Positions 1 to 9,804 are shown, counted from the first letter of the stretch. The stretch is 64,000 nt of DNA from Spirochaetota bacterium (GCA_965205605.1 CBDBHE010000008.1:1-64000); one strand, 5' to 3'. The notes: generated from the letters alone by a model not told the origin. Numbers and translations are program-made.

Positions 1-642
1 AAAGCAATTTACTTACTTAAAGGCGATATTATTGTGTACATTGATGCTGATATTTCTAATATTCACCCAAAGTTTATTTATGGTCTTTTAGGCCCTATTT
101 TATATAACCCTAAAAATATTTCGTTTGTTAAAGCCTTTTATGAAAGACCTTTAAAAATTGGAAACGTTAAAAATGATAATGAAGGAGGAAGACTAACAGA
201 AATACTGATTCGACCTCTTTTCTCTCAATTTTTTCCAGAACTTACTGGTATTGTTCAGCCTCTTTCAGGAGAATTTGCTGGAAAAAGAGAAATTTTAGAA
301 AATCTTCCTTTTCCTATTGGTTATGGGGTTGAAACAAGCACTCTTATTGATATTAGTCAAAAATTTGGTTTACAATGTATTGCTCAAACAGACCTTGACT
401 TAAGAAATCATCGAAATCAATCTTCCAAAGCACTCGGTCGCATGTCTTTTGGGATTCTTCAATCTTTTTGGAATCGACTTGAAACGTATCATCAAATTAA
501 AGGGCTTAAATTAAAAAGTTATTTTATGAATCATGTCGAAATACAAAATAAAATAAATCTTATCAGCCACAAAATCAAAGAACACGAACGAAAGCCTATG
601 ATTGAAGTAAAAGCTTATAAAAAAAAAAAACATCTTCAATAG
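1..642 (+). CDS. gpgS: Glucosyl-3-phosphoglycerate synthase (GT81), 5'-truncated by the window edge
   Basis: Frame is open from base 1 (KAIYLLKGDIIVYIDAD). Contains the DxD motif, GGRLTEILIRP, QPLSGEFAG, GYGVE and HRNQ motifs typical of GpgS/MpgS. Confidence 0.88.
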   Translation, partial: KAIYLLKGDIIVYIDADISNIHPKFIYGLLGPILYNPKNISFVKAFYERPLKIGNVKNDNEGGRLTEILIRPLFSQFFPELTGIVQPLSGEFAGKREILENLPFPIGYGVETSTLIDISQKFGLQCIAQTDLDLRNHRNQSSKALGRMSFGILQSFWNRLETYHQIKGLKLKSYFMNHVEIQNKINLISHKIKEHERKPMIEVKAYKKKKHLQ

Positions 643-669
643 CTTTTTTAAACACTAGTTTTACCTAAT

Positions 670-2187
670 ATGAAAATTATCATTATTCACCACCATCTTA
701 ATCCCGGTGGCGTCAATCGTATTGTTGAAATGCAATCAAAAATTCTTTCTAAAGTTGACAATTTTCATATCAAACTCATCACCGGAAAATGCCCTATTCC
801 TTCTTGGATTCAACAATTTAATTTATCCATCAAGCAAAACAAATTGCTTGATTACTTAAATCCAAACATTAAAAGCAAAAAAATCCTTCAACAACTTTAT
901 ATCCAAATCATTTCTTTTTTAAAAAAAGAAATTTCAAAAGATTCTATTATCCATATTCACAATCCTAATTTAGGAAAAAATCCTCTTTTAATGCTAGCTC
1001 TACATCAACTTTGTTTAAATAATTACCAAATCATCAAACACATTCACGATTTCTGTGAAGATTTACGCTCAGAGCTTTATCAAAATCAAAAATTAATTAT
1101 CCAAAAAATCTTCAAGCAACCTTTAGCAGAAGTAATGTATCCTAATCGACCCAATGTTTTTTACATAACTATCAATTCAAGAGATACAACTCTTTTAAAA
1201 AAAATGAATATTTTTAAAAAACAAATTTTTTATCTACCCAATGCCATCCATTTTGAAAAACAAAATCCAAAAAGCCTACCCCTATCCAAAAAAGATTTTT
1301 TAAAAAAATTAAATCTAAATATTCAAAAACCACTCATCGTTTATCCAATAAGGGCCATAAGAAGAAAAAATATCGGTGAGTTTATTTTAATTGCTACCTT
1401 ACTTAAAAAATCAGCTCAATTTGCCCTCTCTCTTGCCCCTGAAAACCCAATTGAAAAAATTGCTTACAACGCATGGGTCAAATTTTCAAAAAAGCACCAA
1501 TTACCCATTAAATATAATATCGGTCAATTAATTTCATTTGAAAATCTTATGCAAATAGCAAATAAAGTGATTACAACTAGTGTTTGTGAAGGATTTGGGA
1601 TGATTTTTTTAGAACCTTGGCAGTATAACCTAAATCTTTTTGGAAGAGATCTTCCAGAAATTACCATTGATATCAAGAAAAAAGGATTCAAACAATTATC
1701 CTTATACAAGCATTTTTGGATCCCAAATCAAGATCCAATTGAGGCTTCAACACTAAAAAATGAATATCAAAAACTCTATACAAAAATATATAATGATTTC
1801 TCTTTACCCATTCCCACCAATTTGGATAAGGTAATTAAAAACTCTAAATGCAAAGGAAGCTATCTTGACTTTGCAAATCTTTCTATAGAAATGCAAATGA
1901 AAATCATTGAAAAAACAATTGCCTCAAAACCCTATGAATTAGCGATTAGTAAAAAAAATAACAAAATACTCAAAGAAACTTTGAATTTCAAAAGCAATGA
2001 AGATAATAAAAAAATCATTACTCAATTTTATAGTTCTACTTATTATTTAAATCAATTAACACAAATTTATAAAAAAATTATTATTAATAAAAAAATAAAA
2101 AAAATAAAAAAAATTAACATGAATAATTTAGAAAATAATGTTAAGTTTTTTTTACATTCAAAAAACATTCATCTTATTAGAAATTAA
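670..2187 (+). CDS. GT-B (GT4-like) glycosyltransferase of the glucosylglycerate cluster
   Basis: N-terminal HHHLNPGGV, HIHNPNLGKN, HDFCED, RAIRRKN and TTSVCEGFG..FLE (ExFG..E motif of retaining GT-B enzymes). Confidence 0.75.
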   Translation: MKIIIIHHHLNPGGVNRIVEMQSKILSKVDNFHIKLITGKCPIPSWIQQFNLSIKQNKLLDYLNPNIKSKKILQQLYIQIISFLKKEISKDSIIHIHNPNLGKNPLLMLALHQLCLNNYQIIKHIHDFCEDLRSELYQNQKLIIQKIFKQPLAEVMYPNRPNVFYITINSRDTTLLKKMNIFKKQIFYLPNAIHFEKQNPKSLPLSKKDFLKKLNLNIQKPLIVYPIRAIRRKNIGEFILIATLLKKSAQFALSLAPENPIEKIAYNAWVKFSKKHQLPIKYNIGQLISFENLMQIANKVITTSVCEGFGMIFLEPWQYNLNLFGRDLPEITIDIKKKGFKQLSLYKHFWIPNQDPIEASTLKNEYQKLYTKIYNDFSLPIPTNLDKVIKNSKCKGSYLDFANLSIEMQMKIIEKTIASKPYELAISKKNNKILKETLNFKSNEDNKKIITQFYSSTYYLNQLTQIYKKIIINKKIKKIKKINMNNLENNVKFFLHSKNIHLIRN

Positions 2188-2232
2188 TTTTTCTTTAATT
2201 CAAACTAAAACAAGATTTTTTTAATTAAAATT

Positions 2233-3114
2233 ATGAACTACACACCTATTTTTAATGATTTAAAATTAATAAAACCCATTAAAACCTCTTTAAAAGCTAA
2301 AATAAATTGCAATAAAAATATTAAAGCGATTATTTTTGATATTTATGGAACTTTAATTATTAGTGATTCTGGCGACATTGGTCAAAATAATTTAAAAAAC
2401 AAACAGGCTCTAAAAGCTTTTGAAAAAAGTGGATTTGAAATAAACAAAAAACATTTTCCTGAAAAAATAGCTTCAATTATTATTAAAAAATATCAAAAAG
2501 TGATTATCTTAGAAAAAGAAAAAAAACCTTACCCTTTCCCTGAAATCGATGTTCTAAAAATCTGGAAAAAAATCATCAAATCTCTAGAAAAAGCATCCCT
2601 TATTAAAAAAAAAGGCTCTATCAAAAAACTTGCTATTTATTTTGAATGCATTACCAATCCCACTTACCCAATGCCTTTTTTTAAAGAAATATTAAACTAC
2701 TTGAAAAGCAAAAAAATTACTTTAGGCATTATTTCTAATGCTCAGTTTTATACTCCCTTACTAATGAGCTACTTTTTCAATAAACTTTTTTTTCAAAACT
2801 CATTTAAAGATTTTTTCCCAAAATCACTTTGTTTTTATTCTTATAAAAATTTTCGAGCAAAACCAGATTCTTTTAATTTTTTACATTTAAAAAAAAAATT
2901 AGCTAAAAAAAATATTTCTGCTGAACAAACACTTTTCATCGGAAATGATTTACTAAAAGATATTCTCCCTGCTAGTCAAGTTAATTTTAAAACCGCTCTT
3001 TTTGCAGGAGATAAACGTTCCCTTAATTTAAGAAAAGGCAATCAAAAAATACAATCACTCAAACCAACTTATGTTTTAACTTCCCTTAAAGACATTTATT
3101 CTATAATTATTTAA
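2233..3114 (+). CDS. HAD-superfamily phosphatase (probable glycosyl-phosphoglycerate phosphatase)
   Basis: Motif I FDIYGTL, motif II GIISN, motif III KP, motif IV GNDLLKD. Lies between two glycosyltransferases. Confidence 0.8.
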   Translation: MNYTPIFNDLKLIKPIKTSLKAKINCNKNIKAIIFDIYGTLIISDSGDIGQNNLKNKQALKAFEKSGFEINKKHFPEKIASIIIKKYQKVIILEKEKKPYPFPEIDVLKIWKKIIKSLEKASLIKKKGSIKKLAIYFECITNPTYPMPFFKEILNYLKSKKITLGIISNAQFYTPLLMSYFFNKLFFQNSFKDFFPKSLCFYSYKNFRAKPDSFNFLHLKKKLAKKNISAEQTLFIGNDLLKDILPASQVNFKTALFAGDKRSLNLRKGNQKIQSLKPTYVLTSLKDIYSIII

Positions 3115-3120
3115 AAACAG

Positions 3121-4578
3121 ATGAATCTATCAAAATTAAATATTGGTATTATCCACTCTTTAATCGGAAAAAATGATGGAGTTTCGATTGTTATTGACCA
3201 AAGTATTTTAGCAATGCAAGAATATTTAAATATTTCTATTAACAATATTTTTTTTCTTTCTGCTATAGCTCCTTCAAGACTTAATACTTTAGAAGACAAT
3301 ATTTTTTGGCATAAAAATGATGAAAATCGTTATATTTTAAATCATTATAATTCTCTTCCTGTTAAAAAAGAAGAACACGACTCTTTTGAAGAATTTATTG
3401 AAAGTAAGGTAAGTTACTGTCTTAAAAAAGTGATTTTTTTTATTGATAAATATGATATTGATTTATTAATAGTTCATAATTCATCCCATCCAACTAATTT
3501 TATTTATTCTATAGCAGTGGACCGATATTTTTCCATTTTAAAAAAAAAAAAAAAATATTTTCCTAGATATCTTTTGTGGTGGCATGATTCTCATTTAGAA
3601 AGAAAACGATTTGAAAATCCAAATCCTATCATTAAAAAATACCTCAAGCACATTCCAGGGTCTTTTGTTGATGGCGTTATTTTTATTAATTCTTATCAAA
3701 AAAAATTAGCTGAAAATTACTTTAAAAGTATCAAAAAAGATGCCCATATTCTCCTTAGTAAAAAATCGACTATTATTCCAAATACCTGTGACATCGAATG
3801 GAAATGGAAAAAAACTCATCAAAATACAGCACCTTACCCTAAAACAGACCCTTTTAATATTCACTTTTTCGATGACATCGGTTTAAACAAAAAACTTCAA
3901 AAAAAAAACTATAGTCTTGAAGAAACAGTTTTATTTTTACAACATACTAGAATTGTAAAAAGAAAAAGAATTGATTTAGCCATTGATTTTGTTTTTAAAA
4001 TTGCTTGCTGTTTGCAAGAAGATGAAATTAATAAAGCCATTGTACTCCTTATTAGTGGGCATTCTGGAGATGAAGATGATGAGTATGTAAAGTTTTTAAA
4101 ACAACATTATCAAAAAAGACAAAAAGAACATGCCTTTCTTAAACTGCCTGTGATTTTAAATTTTGCTGAAAAATTTATTTTGCCAACAAGAGAAATTATT
4201 GTTGATAGAAAATTTTATTGTTTTAAAGACATTCCCGCCATTGTTGCCAAATATGGTGGGATTGGGACTTACTTTAGTGAAGTGGAGGGTTTTGGTAACA
4301 ATTTATTTGAAATGGTCAGCATGGGAATGCCTGTAGTTATTAATGAATATTCTGTCTACAAAAAAGATATTAAAAAATTAGGGTTTGATTTTATTTCTGT
4401 AAACAATGGAATCATAACAGATGCTTTTATTAAACAAGCTTATTCTTTAATAAAAGATCCACAAAAAGCCAAAAAAATGATTCTCCATAATCTAAAAGTT
4501 TTAGAAAAAAAACTTAATCATAAAGTTATGGCAAAAAAATTGTGTCCTATTATCATTAATACTTTAAACTATTTGTAA
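3121..4578 (+). CDS. GT4 glycosyltransferase, mannosylglucosyl(phospho)glycerate synthase-like (MggA/MggS family)
   Basis: N-terminal GxxDGVS motif, WWHDSH, TRIVKRKRID and SEVEGFGNNLFE; cluster context. Confidence 0.65.
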   Translation: MNLSKLNIGIIHSLIGKNDGVSIVIDQSILAMQEYLNISINNIFFLSAIAPSRLNTLEDNIFWHKNDENRYILNHYNSLPVKKEEHDSFEEFIESKVSYCLKKVIFFIDKYDIDLLIVHNSSHPTNFIYSIAVDRYFSILKKKKKYFPRYLLWWHDSHLERKRFENPNPIIKKYLKHIPGSFVDGVIFINSYQKKLAENYFKSIKKDAHILLSKKSTIIPNTCDIEWKWKKTHQNTAPYPKTDPFNIHFFDDIGLNKKLQKKNYSLEETVLFLQHTRIVKRKRIDLAIDFVFKIACCLQEDEINKAIVLLISGHSGDEDDEYVKFLKQHYQKRQKEHAFLKLPVILNFAEKFILPTREIIVDRKFYCFKDIPAIVAKYGGIGTYFSEVEGFGNNLFEMVSMGMPVVINEYSVYKKDIKKLGFDFISVNNGIITDAFIKQAYSLIKDPQKAKKMILHNLKVLEKKLNHKVMAKKLCPIIINTLNYL

Positions 4579-4581
4579 TCG

Positions 4582-6297
4582 ATGACTTCAAAACAAAAAA
4601 TTAAAAACCTCTTAAAACAAGTTTACCCAAAAGCCAACCCTGACTTACTTTATCAAGAAATTAATTCCCTAATTCAAAAAACAAAAAAAACAACGACCTT
4701 ATCAAAAGAATGGGATCAATCAACGATTGCTCTTATCTGTTATGCTGATATACTCAAAGAAAAAAAAGAAAAACCCATTAAAACACTTCACCAATTTTTA
4801 CTCACAAAAGTTAAAGAAACAATTAATCTTGTTCATCTTCTCCCTTTTTTTCCTTATTCATCCGATGACGGCTTTTCTGTCATTGATTATCAACAAGTAG
4901 ATCCTTTTATTGGTAGTTGGAATGAAATCAAATCCTTTTCCAAAGACTTTAATTTAATTTTTGATGCTGTTATCAATCACATCTCTTCAAAAAGCAACTG
5001 GTTTCAAAGTTATTTAGAAGGGAATAAAAGCTATGAAAACTATTTTATCAAACAAGATCCTAAAACTAATTTATCTAAAGTGATCCGTCCAAGAAACTTA
5101 CCATTATTAACCCCTTATAAAAACAAGCAAAACAAAATTCTTCATATTTGGACTACTTTTAGTGAAGATCAAGTAGATCTTAATTTTAAAAATCCAAAAG
5201 TTTTAATAGCTATTTTAAAGGTTCTTCTTTTTTATGCTTTAAATGGAGCCAGCTATATCAGACTCGATGCTATTGGTTTTTTATGGAAAGAATTAGGAAG
5301 CACTTGTATCCATTTAAAACAAACACACTTTATTGTCAAACTCATCCGTCTTGTTTTAGATGAAACCTATCAAAACGTTAAACTTTTATCAGAAACCAAC
5401 GTGCCTCATGAAGAAAATATTTCTTATTTTGGAAACAACGGAGATGAAGCCCAAATGGTTTATCAGTTTCCGCTTCCTCCTTTAACGGCTTACACACTGC
5501 TTACAGAAGATGCTTCTATTCTTACAAAATGGGCAAAAACACTCCCAAGGCTTTCTGAAAAAACAACTTTTTTTAACTTTCTAGCTTCTCATGATGGTAT
5601 CGGTATGATGCCCACTCAATCCCTCCTAAGTCAAAACCAACAACAAATAATGATCAAGCATTGTTTAGAGAATAAAGGACAAATTTCTTACAAAAAAAAC
5701 TCTAATAACCATCTATCTGTTTATGAGCTCAATATTAATTATTTAGATTTTATCACTCAAAAAAAAGATTCTCAAGACATCTCAGTCAAAAAATTTCTTT
5801 TAGCTCATTCTATTCTAATGGGCATGCCTGGGATTCCCGCTGTTTATTTTCATAGCTTTTTTGGCTCTCAAAATGATCTTAAAGGAGTGAAACAAACAAA
5901 GCAAAAAAGAAGTATTAATCGAGAAAAATTATTCCTCAAAAAACTTAAAAAAGAACTTGCAAATAAAAACCATATCCGTTACCATGTCTATTCAGCTCTC
6001 TGTGATTTAATTTTAGTTAGAAAACAATATCCTTGTTTTCACCCAAATAGTTTTTTTAAAGCTCATTCTTCTTCTTTTAAAGAACTTTTTATTATTGAAA
6101 GAAAAGAAAAAAATTCCCAATTGATCATGATTCATAATACTTCTAAAAAACTTATTTCTTTTCCATTAAGCTCCTTTTCAAAAAAAATCTTCAAAAAAAA
6201 AACTGATTTTATAGATATCGTAACAAAAGAGTATTTTTCAAAAAATTTCAATATCAAGCTCATTCCTTATTCTTTTTATTGGCTAAACCCTAAATAA
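4582..6297 (+). CDS. GH13_18 sugar phosphorylase, glucosylglycerate phosphorylase type
   Basis: HLLPFFPYSSDDGF, DAVINH, WTTFSEDQVDLN, nucleophile RLDA, acid/base ETNVPH, SHDGIG and loop YELN. The ETN and YExN motifs mark the YcjM/glucosylglycerate phosphorylase clade. Confidence 0.85.
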   Translation: MTSKQKIKNLLKQVYPKANPDLLYQEINSLIQKTKKTTTLSKEWDQSTIALICYADILKEKKEKPIKTLHQFLLTKVKETINLVHLLPFFPYSSDDGFSVIDYQQVDPFIGSWNEIKSFSKDFNLIFDAVINHISSKSNWFQSYLEGNKSYENYFIKQDPKTNLSKVIRPRNLPLLTPYKNKQNKILHIWTTFSEDQVDLNFKNPKVLIAILKVLLFYALNGASYIRLDAIGFLWKELGSTCIHLKQTHFIVKLIRLVLDETYQNVKLLSETNVPHEENISYFGNNGDEAQMVYQFPLPPLTAYTLLTEDASILTKWAKTLPRLSEKTTFFNFLASHDGIGMMPTQSLLSQNQQQIMIKHCLENKGQISYKKNSNNHLSVYELNINYLDFITQKKDSQDISVKKFLLAHSILMGMPGIPAVYFHSFFGSQNDLKGVKQTKQKRSINREKLFLKKLKKELANKNHIRYHVYSALCDLILVRKQYPCFHPNSFFKAHSSSFKELFIIERKEKNSQLIMIHNTSKKLISFPLSSFSKKIFKKKTDFIDIVTKEYFSKNFNIKLIPYSFYWLNPK

Positions 6298-6347
6298 AAT
6301 CTTAATTTCAAAAAACATAAAATGATGTTATTTTTTAAGTATTAATT

Positions 6348-6884
6348 ATGAAAATCGATTCTTTTTATCCTTTTCCTTTTATTCTTATTGGGATGGCTGG
6401 TTGTGGCAAGTCATCTATTGGTCAATATTTATCTAAAACAAAATCTTTTGTTGATTTAGATCAATATATTGAAAAAAAATTTTCTCTTTCCTTAGAAAAA
6501 ATTCTAAAAACACATGGAAACAACAAATTCATTAAAATCGAACAAGAAATTATTAAGGAGATAGCAACTGAAAAAAATTTAAAAAAAGAAATTATTGCCA
6601 CAGGAGGCAGTTGCTGCTACGCTCAAGAAGAGCTGAAAAATTTAAAAGGAACTATTTTTTATTTGCAAACTTCCTGGGAAAATATTCAAAAAAATATTAA
6701 AAAATCAATGAATCGAGGTTTGATTATTTTTGAAGAAACTATTGAAGAAGAATTTGAAAAAAGAATTCTTTTATACAAATCTTTATCCCACATTACCATT
6801 AACTGCTTAAATAAAAATATAAGACAACTAGCAGACGAAATTCTTTCTTACTCTAAAACCAGCCAACAAATAATTAATAACTAA
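6348..6884 (+). CDS. aroK: Shikimate kinase
   Basis: Walker A GMAGCGKS, DLD and ATGG motifs; 178 aa. Confidence 0.85.
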   Translation: MKIDSFYPFPFILIGMAGCGKSSIGQYLSKTKSFVDLDQYIEKKFSLSLEKILKTHGNNKFIKIEQEIIKEIATEKNLKKEIIATGGSCCYAQEELKNLKGTIFYLQTSWENIQKNIKKSMNRGLIIFEETIEEEFEKRILLYKSLSHITINCLNKNIRQLADEILSYSKTSQQIINN

Positions 6885-6888
6885 CCCT

Positions 6889-7233
6889 ATGAGCACAACT
6901 TATCTTAAAAATAAAAGTGATTACGAAAAACTTCTTATTTCTAGTCAGAAAAAAAAAGTCTTTCTTTTAAAGCACTCAACTCAATGTGATATTTCAGCAA
7001 ACGCTATCCAAGTTTATAATCGTTTTAAAGAGGAACAAAAAGATTTTAATTTTTGGATTATTTTAGTCATTAAAAACAGAAATTTATCTCAATATATTGC
7101 AAAAGAAAATGAAGTCATTCACAAGTCCCCTCAAGTGCTTCTCTTTTTAAATAAAAAAGTTGTTTGGAATGCGTCTCACTTTCAAATTACTAGTGAGAAC
7201 CTTAAAAAGTCTTTATTAATTAAACAGCTTTAG
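6889..7233 (+). CDS. ytxJ: YtxJ/BrxC-family monothiol thioredoxin-fold protein (bacillithiol-associated)
   Basis: LLKHSTQCDIS (canonical KHSxxCPIS), V.H.SPQ and WNASH motifs; 114 aa. Confidence 0.8.
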   Translation: MSTTYLKNKSDYEKLLISSQKKKVFLLKHSTQCDISANAIQVYNRFKEEQKDFNFWIILVIKNRNLSQYIAKENEVIHKSPQVLLFLNKKVVWNASHFQITSENLKKSLLIKQL

Positions 7234-7697
7234 TTATTTTCTTCTAGTCGTTTATAAATTAAATAACAAGTTTTTTTAACCATATCAAAAACACGATCAA
7301 ATCCATCAGAACCACCATAATAAGGATCCGGCACATCTTGGCTATCAGCTTCTAAATCAAAACTTCTAAAAAGAAAAACCTTTTTATGTAAAAAAGTAGG
7401 TAAAAGATTTTTAATATCTTGGTAATTAATTTGATCCATCGCTAAAATAATATCAAAATTTTCTCCATCTTGTAAAGAAAATTGTTTTACTCTATGGGTC
7501 ATAGGAATCTTATTTTTTTCAGCTGTTAATCTTGTTCTAGGATCACAATCAGCTCCAATATGCCATCCCCCTGTACCCGAAGAAGCCACCAAATAACGAT
7601 CTGATTTATTTTCTTTAACAAGTAAATCTCTAAAAACAGCTTCCGCTAAAGGAGAACGACAAATATTTCCCAAACAAACAAACATAATTTTCTTCAT
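7230..7697 (-). CDS. Low-molecular-weight protein tyrosine phosphatase
   Basis: P-loop VCLGNICRS and DPYYG. The ATG at 7697 is preferred over the TTG at 7715. Confidence 0.9.
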   Translation of the reverse strand: MKKIMFVCLGNICRSPLAEAVFRDLLVKENKSDRYLVASSGTGGWHIGADCDPRTRLTAEKNKIPMTHRVKQFSLQDGENFDIILAMDQINYQDIKNLLPTFLHKKVFLFRSFDLEADSQDVPDPYYGGSDGFDRVFDMVKKTCYLIYKRLEENN

Positions 7698-7797
7698 TAT
7701 TTTTCTTTTTAACAAAAAATCACTATTAAAAACTGGTTAATATTATAATTTAATTTCTAACTTAAATAAAGGAATTCTTTACTTTAAATTAACTATA

Positions 7798-8727
7798 ATG
7801 CCTTATTTAAAAAATATAACAAAATGCATTGGAAAAACACCTTTAATTGAAATCCATCACTGTTTCAAAACCAATAATACTATTTTAGCCAAATTAGAAA
7901 ATATCAATCCTCTTAAATCAATTAAAGATCGTTCTGCTTTATATATGATACAAGAAGCTGAAAAAAAAAAATTCATAAAAGCTGGCAGTACTATTTTAGA
8001 AGCCACAAGTGGCAACACAGGGATTGCTTTAAGTTATCTTTCACGCCTTAAAGGATATAAAGTCATTCTAGCAATGCCAGAAAAAACATCTTTTAAAAAT
8101 GAAAAATTATTTCGTCTTTTAGGTGCTGAAATCCTCCTTACTCCATCAGAAGAAGGCATGAGTGGAGCTATCAAAAAAGTAAAAGATTTATCTCAAAACA
8201 AAGGTTTTTTTTGGATCAATCAATTTAAAAACAAAGCTAATGTAAAAGCTCATTATGAAACAACCGGGCCTGAAATTTGGGAAGATACTAAGGGAAACAT
8301 TGATCTCATGTTTATAGGAGTTGGGACAGGAGGTACTATTATGGGAGTGGGTAATTACTTAAAAAAACAAAACAAAAATATTAAAATTATCGCTGTAGAA
8401 CCCAAAGAATCAGCTGTTTTAAGCGGTAATAAAGCAGGATTTCATTTTATTAATGGTATTGGGGCAGGGTTTATTCCTGATAATTATGATACAAAAATTG
8501 TTGATGATATTATAGCGGTTTCTAGTGAACAAGCTTTAATGATGACTAAAAAACTTATTTTAAAAGAAGGAATTTTAGGCGGTGTGTCTTCAGGAGCTAG
8601 TCTTTTAGCGATTAAAAATTATGTTGAACGGTATCAAATTTCAAATAAAAAAATTGGTTTTTTTATTTGCGATTCTGGAGAACGTTATCAAAATGATTTA
8701 TTAAAAATAAATGAAGAATTAAATTGA
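7798..8727 (+). CDS. cysK: Cysteine synthase (O-acetylserine sulfhydrylase)
   Basis: PLP-lysine motif SIKDR, EATSGNTG, GVGTGGT, GIGAGF and DSGERY. Confidence 0.9.
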   Translation: MPYLKNITKCIGKTPLIEIHHCFKTNNTILAKLENINPLKSIKDRSALYMIQEAEKKKFIKAGSTILEATSGNTGIALSYLSRLKGYKVILAMPEKTSFKNEKLFRLLGAEILLTPSEEGMSGAIKKVKDLSQNKGFFWINQFKNKANVKAHYETTGPEIWEDTKGNIDLMFIGVGTGGTIMGVGNYLKKQNKNIKIIAVEPKESAVLSGNKAGFHFINGIGAGFIPDNYDTKIVDDIIAVSSEQALMMTKKLILKEGILGGVSSGASLLAIKNYVERYQISNKKIGFFICDSGERYQNDLLKINEELN

Positions 8728-8728
8728 T

Positions 8729-9712
8729 TTAAAGAAGATCTTTAATGGCTTCTTTTTCTTCTAAAAGTTCATCTAAAGTAATCGTGAGTTTTTCTTTAGA
8801 AAATGCATTGTGTTCAAGATCACTAACGATTTTCCATTTTTGCCCATTTATTTGAACGGGATAACTAAACATAAGTCCTTTCGGAACACCATAACTACCA
8901 TCAGACGAAACAGCTACTGAAAAATATTGTCCTTTAAGGGTAGGATGAGAAAGTGATTTTACTGTTTCAATGATCGCATTAGCAGCAGAAGCTGCCGAAG
9001 ACAAACCTCTTGCTTTAATAATTTCAGCTCCTCTTTTTTGTACCGAAGCAATAAAATTATTTTGAAACCAACTTTCATCATCAATCACATCTAAAGCTTT
9101 CTTATTATTAATTAAAGCGTTATAAAAATCAGGGTATTGAGTCGCCGAATGATTTCCCCAAATAGCAACATTTTTAACTTGATTTACGTGAACACCTGCT
9201 CTTTGAGCCAATTGGCACATTCCTCTTTTTTGATCAAGCATTGTCATTGCAAAGAAATTTTCTTGAGGAATTCGCTTGCAATTAGCTTTTGCAATCAATG
9301 CATTGGTATTACAAGGATTACCCACAACCACCACTTTACAGTTTTCATTTGCAAACTGATCAATCGCTTGTCCTTGTTTGGTAAAAATACCTCCATTAAT
9401 CTTTAAAAGATCTTTTCTTTCCATCCCTGCTTTCCTTGGAACAGACCCAACTAACAAAGCCCAATCAACTTCTTTAAAGACTTCATCAATATTAGAAGTA
9501 GTCATTACCGACTCTAATCTAGGAAAAGCACAATCATTAAGCTCCATTTCGATACCTTTTAAAGCAGGTATCGCTGGTTCAAGTTCTAAAAGTTGCAAAC
9601 GAATAGCGACATTTTCATTAAAAATCTTCTCACAAGCAAGCCGAAACAGTAAAGAATATCCAATTTGTCCAGCTGCTCCTGTAATCGCAATTTTAATTAT
9701 TTTTTTACTCAA
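8729..9712 (-). CDS. mdh: Malate dehydrogenase (type 2, Thermus/cytosolic-like)
   Basis: TGAAGQIGY, PRKAGMER, VGNPCNTN, WGNHSATQYPD and SSAASAA. A TTG start at 9712 gives the usual ~327 aa; an ATG at 9730 is the alternative. Confidence 0.93.
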   Translation of the reverse strand: MSKKIIKIAITGAAGQIGYSLLFRLACEKIFNENVAIRLQLLELEPAIPALKGIEMELNDCAFPRLESVMTTSNIDEVFKEVDWALLVGSVPRKAGMERKDLLKINGGIFTKQGQAIDQFANENCKVVVVGNPCNTNALIAKANCKRIPQENFFAMTMLDQKRGMCQLAQRAGVHVNQVKNVAIWGNHSATQYPDFYNALINNKKALDVIDDESWFQNNFIASVQKRGAEIIKARGLSSAASAANAIIETVKSLSHPTLKGQYFSVAVSSDGSYGVPKGLMFSYPVQINGQKWKIVSDLEHNAFSKEKLTITLDELLEEKEAIKDLL

Positions 9713-9804
9713 TTCCAATCCAAGTATCATTATAGTCTTTTTTTTTAAAAAAAAACAAATATTTATAAAAAACAAAATGAATAAATGCTAAAATTTATTT
9801 GTAA

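Noticed and set aside
9137-9791. Antisense ORFs of 89 and 137 aa over mdh, and the many other 60-114 aa ORFs nested in real genes
   Set aside because: They are shadow frames of well-supported genes and carry no motifs.
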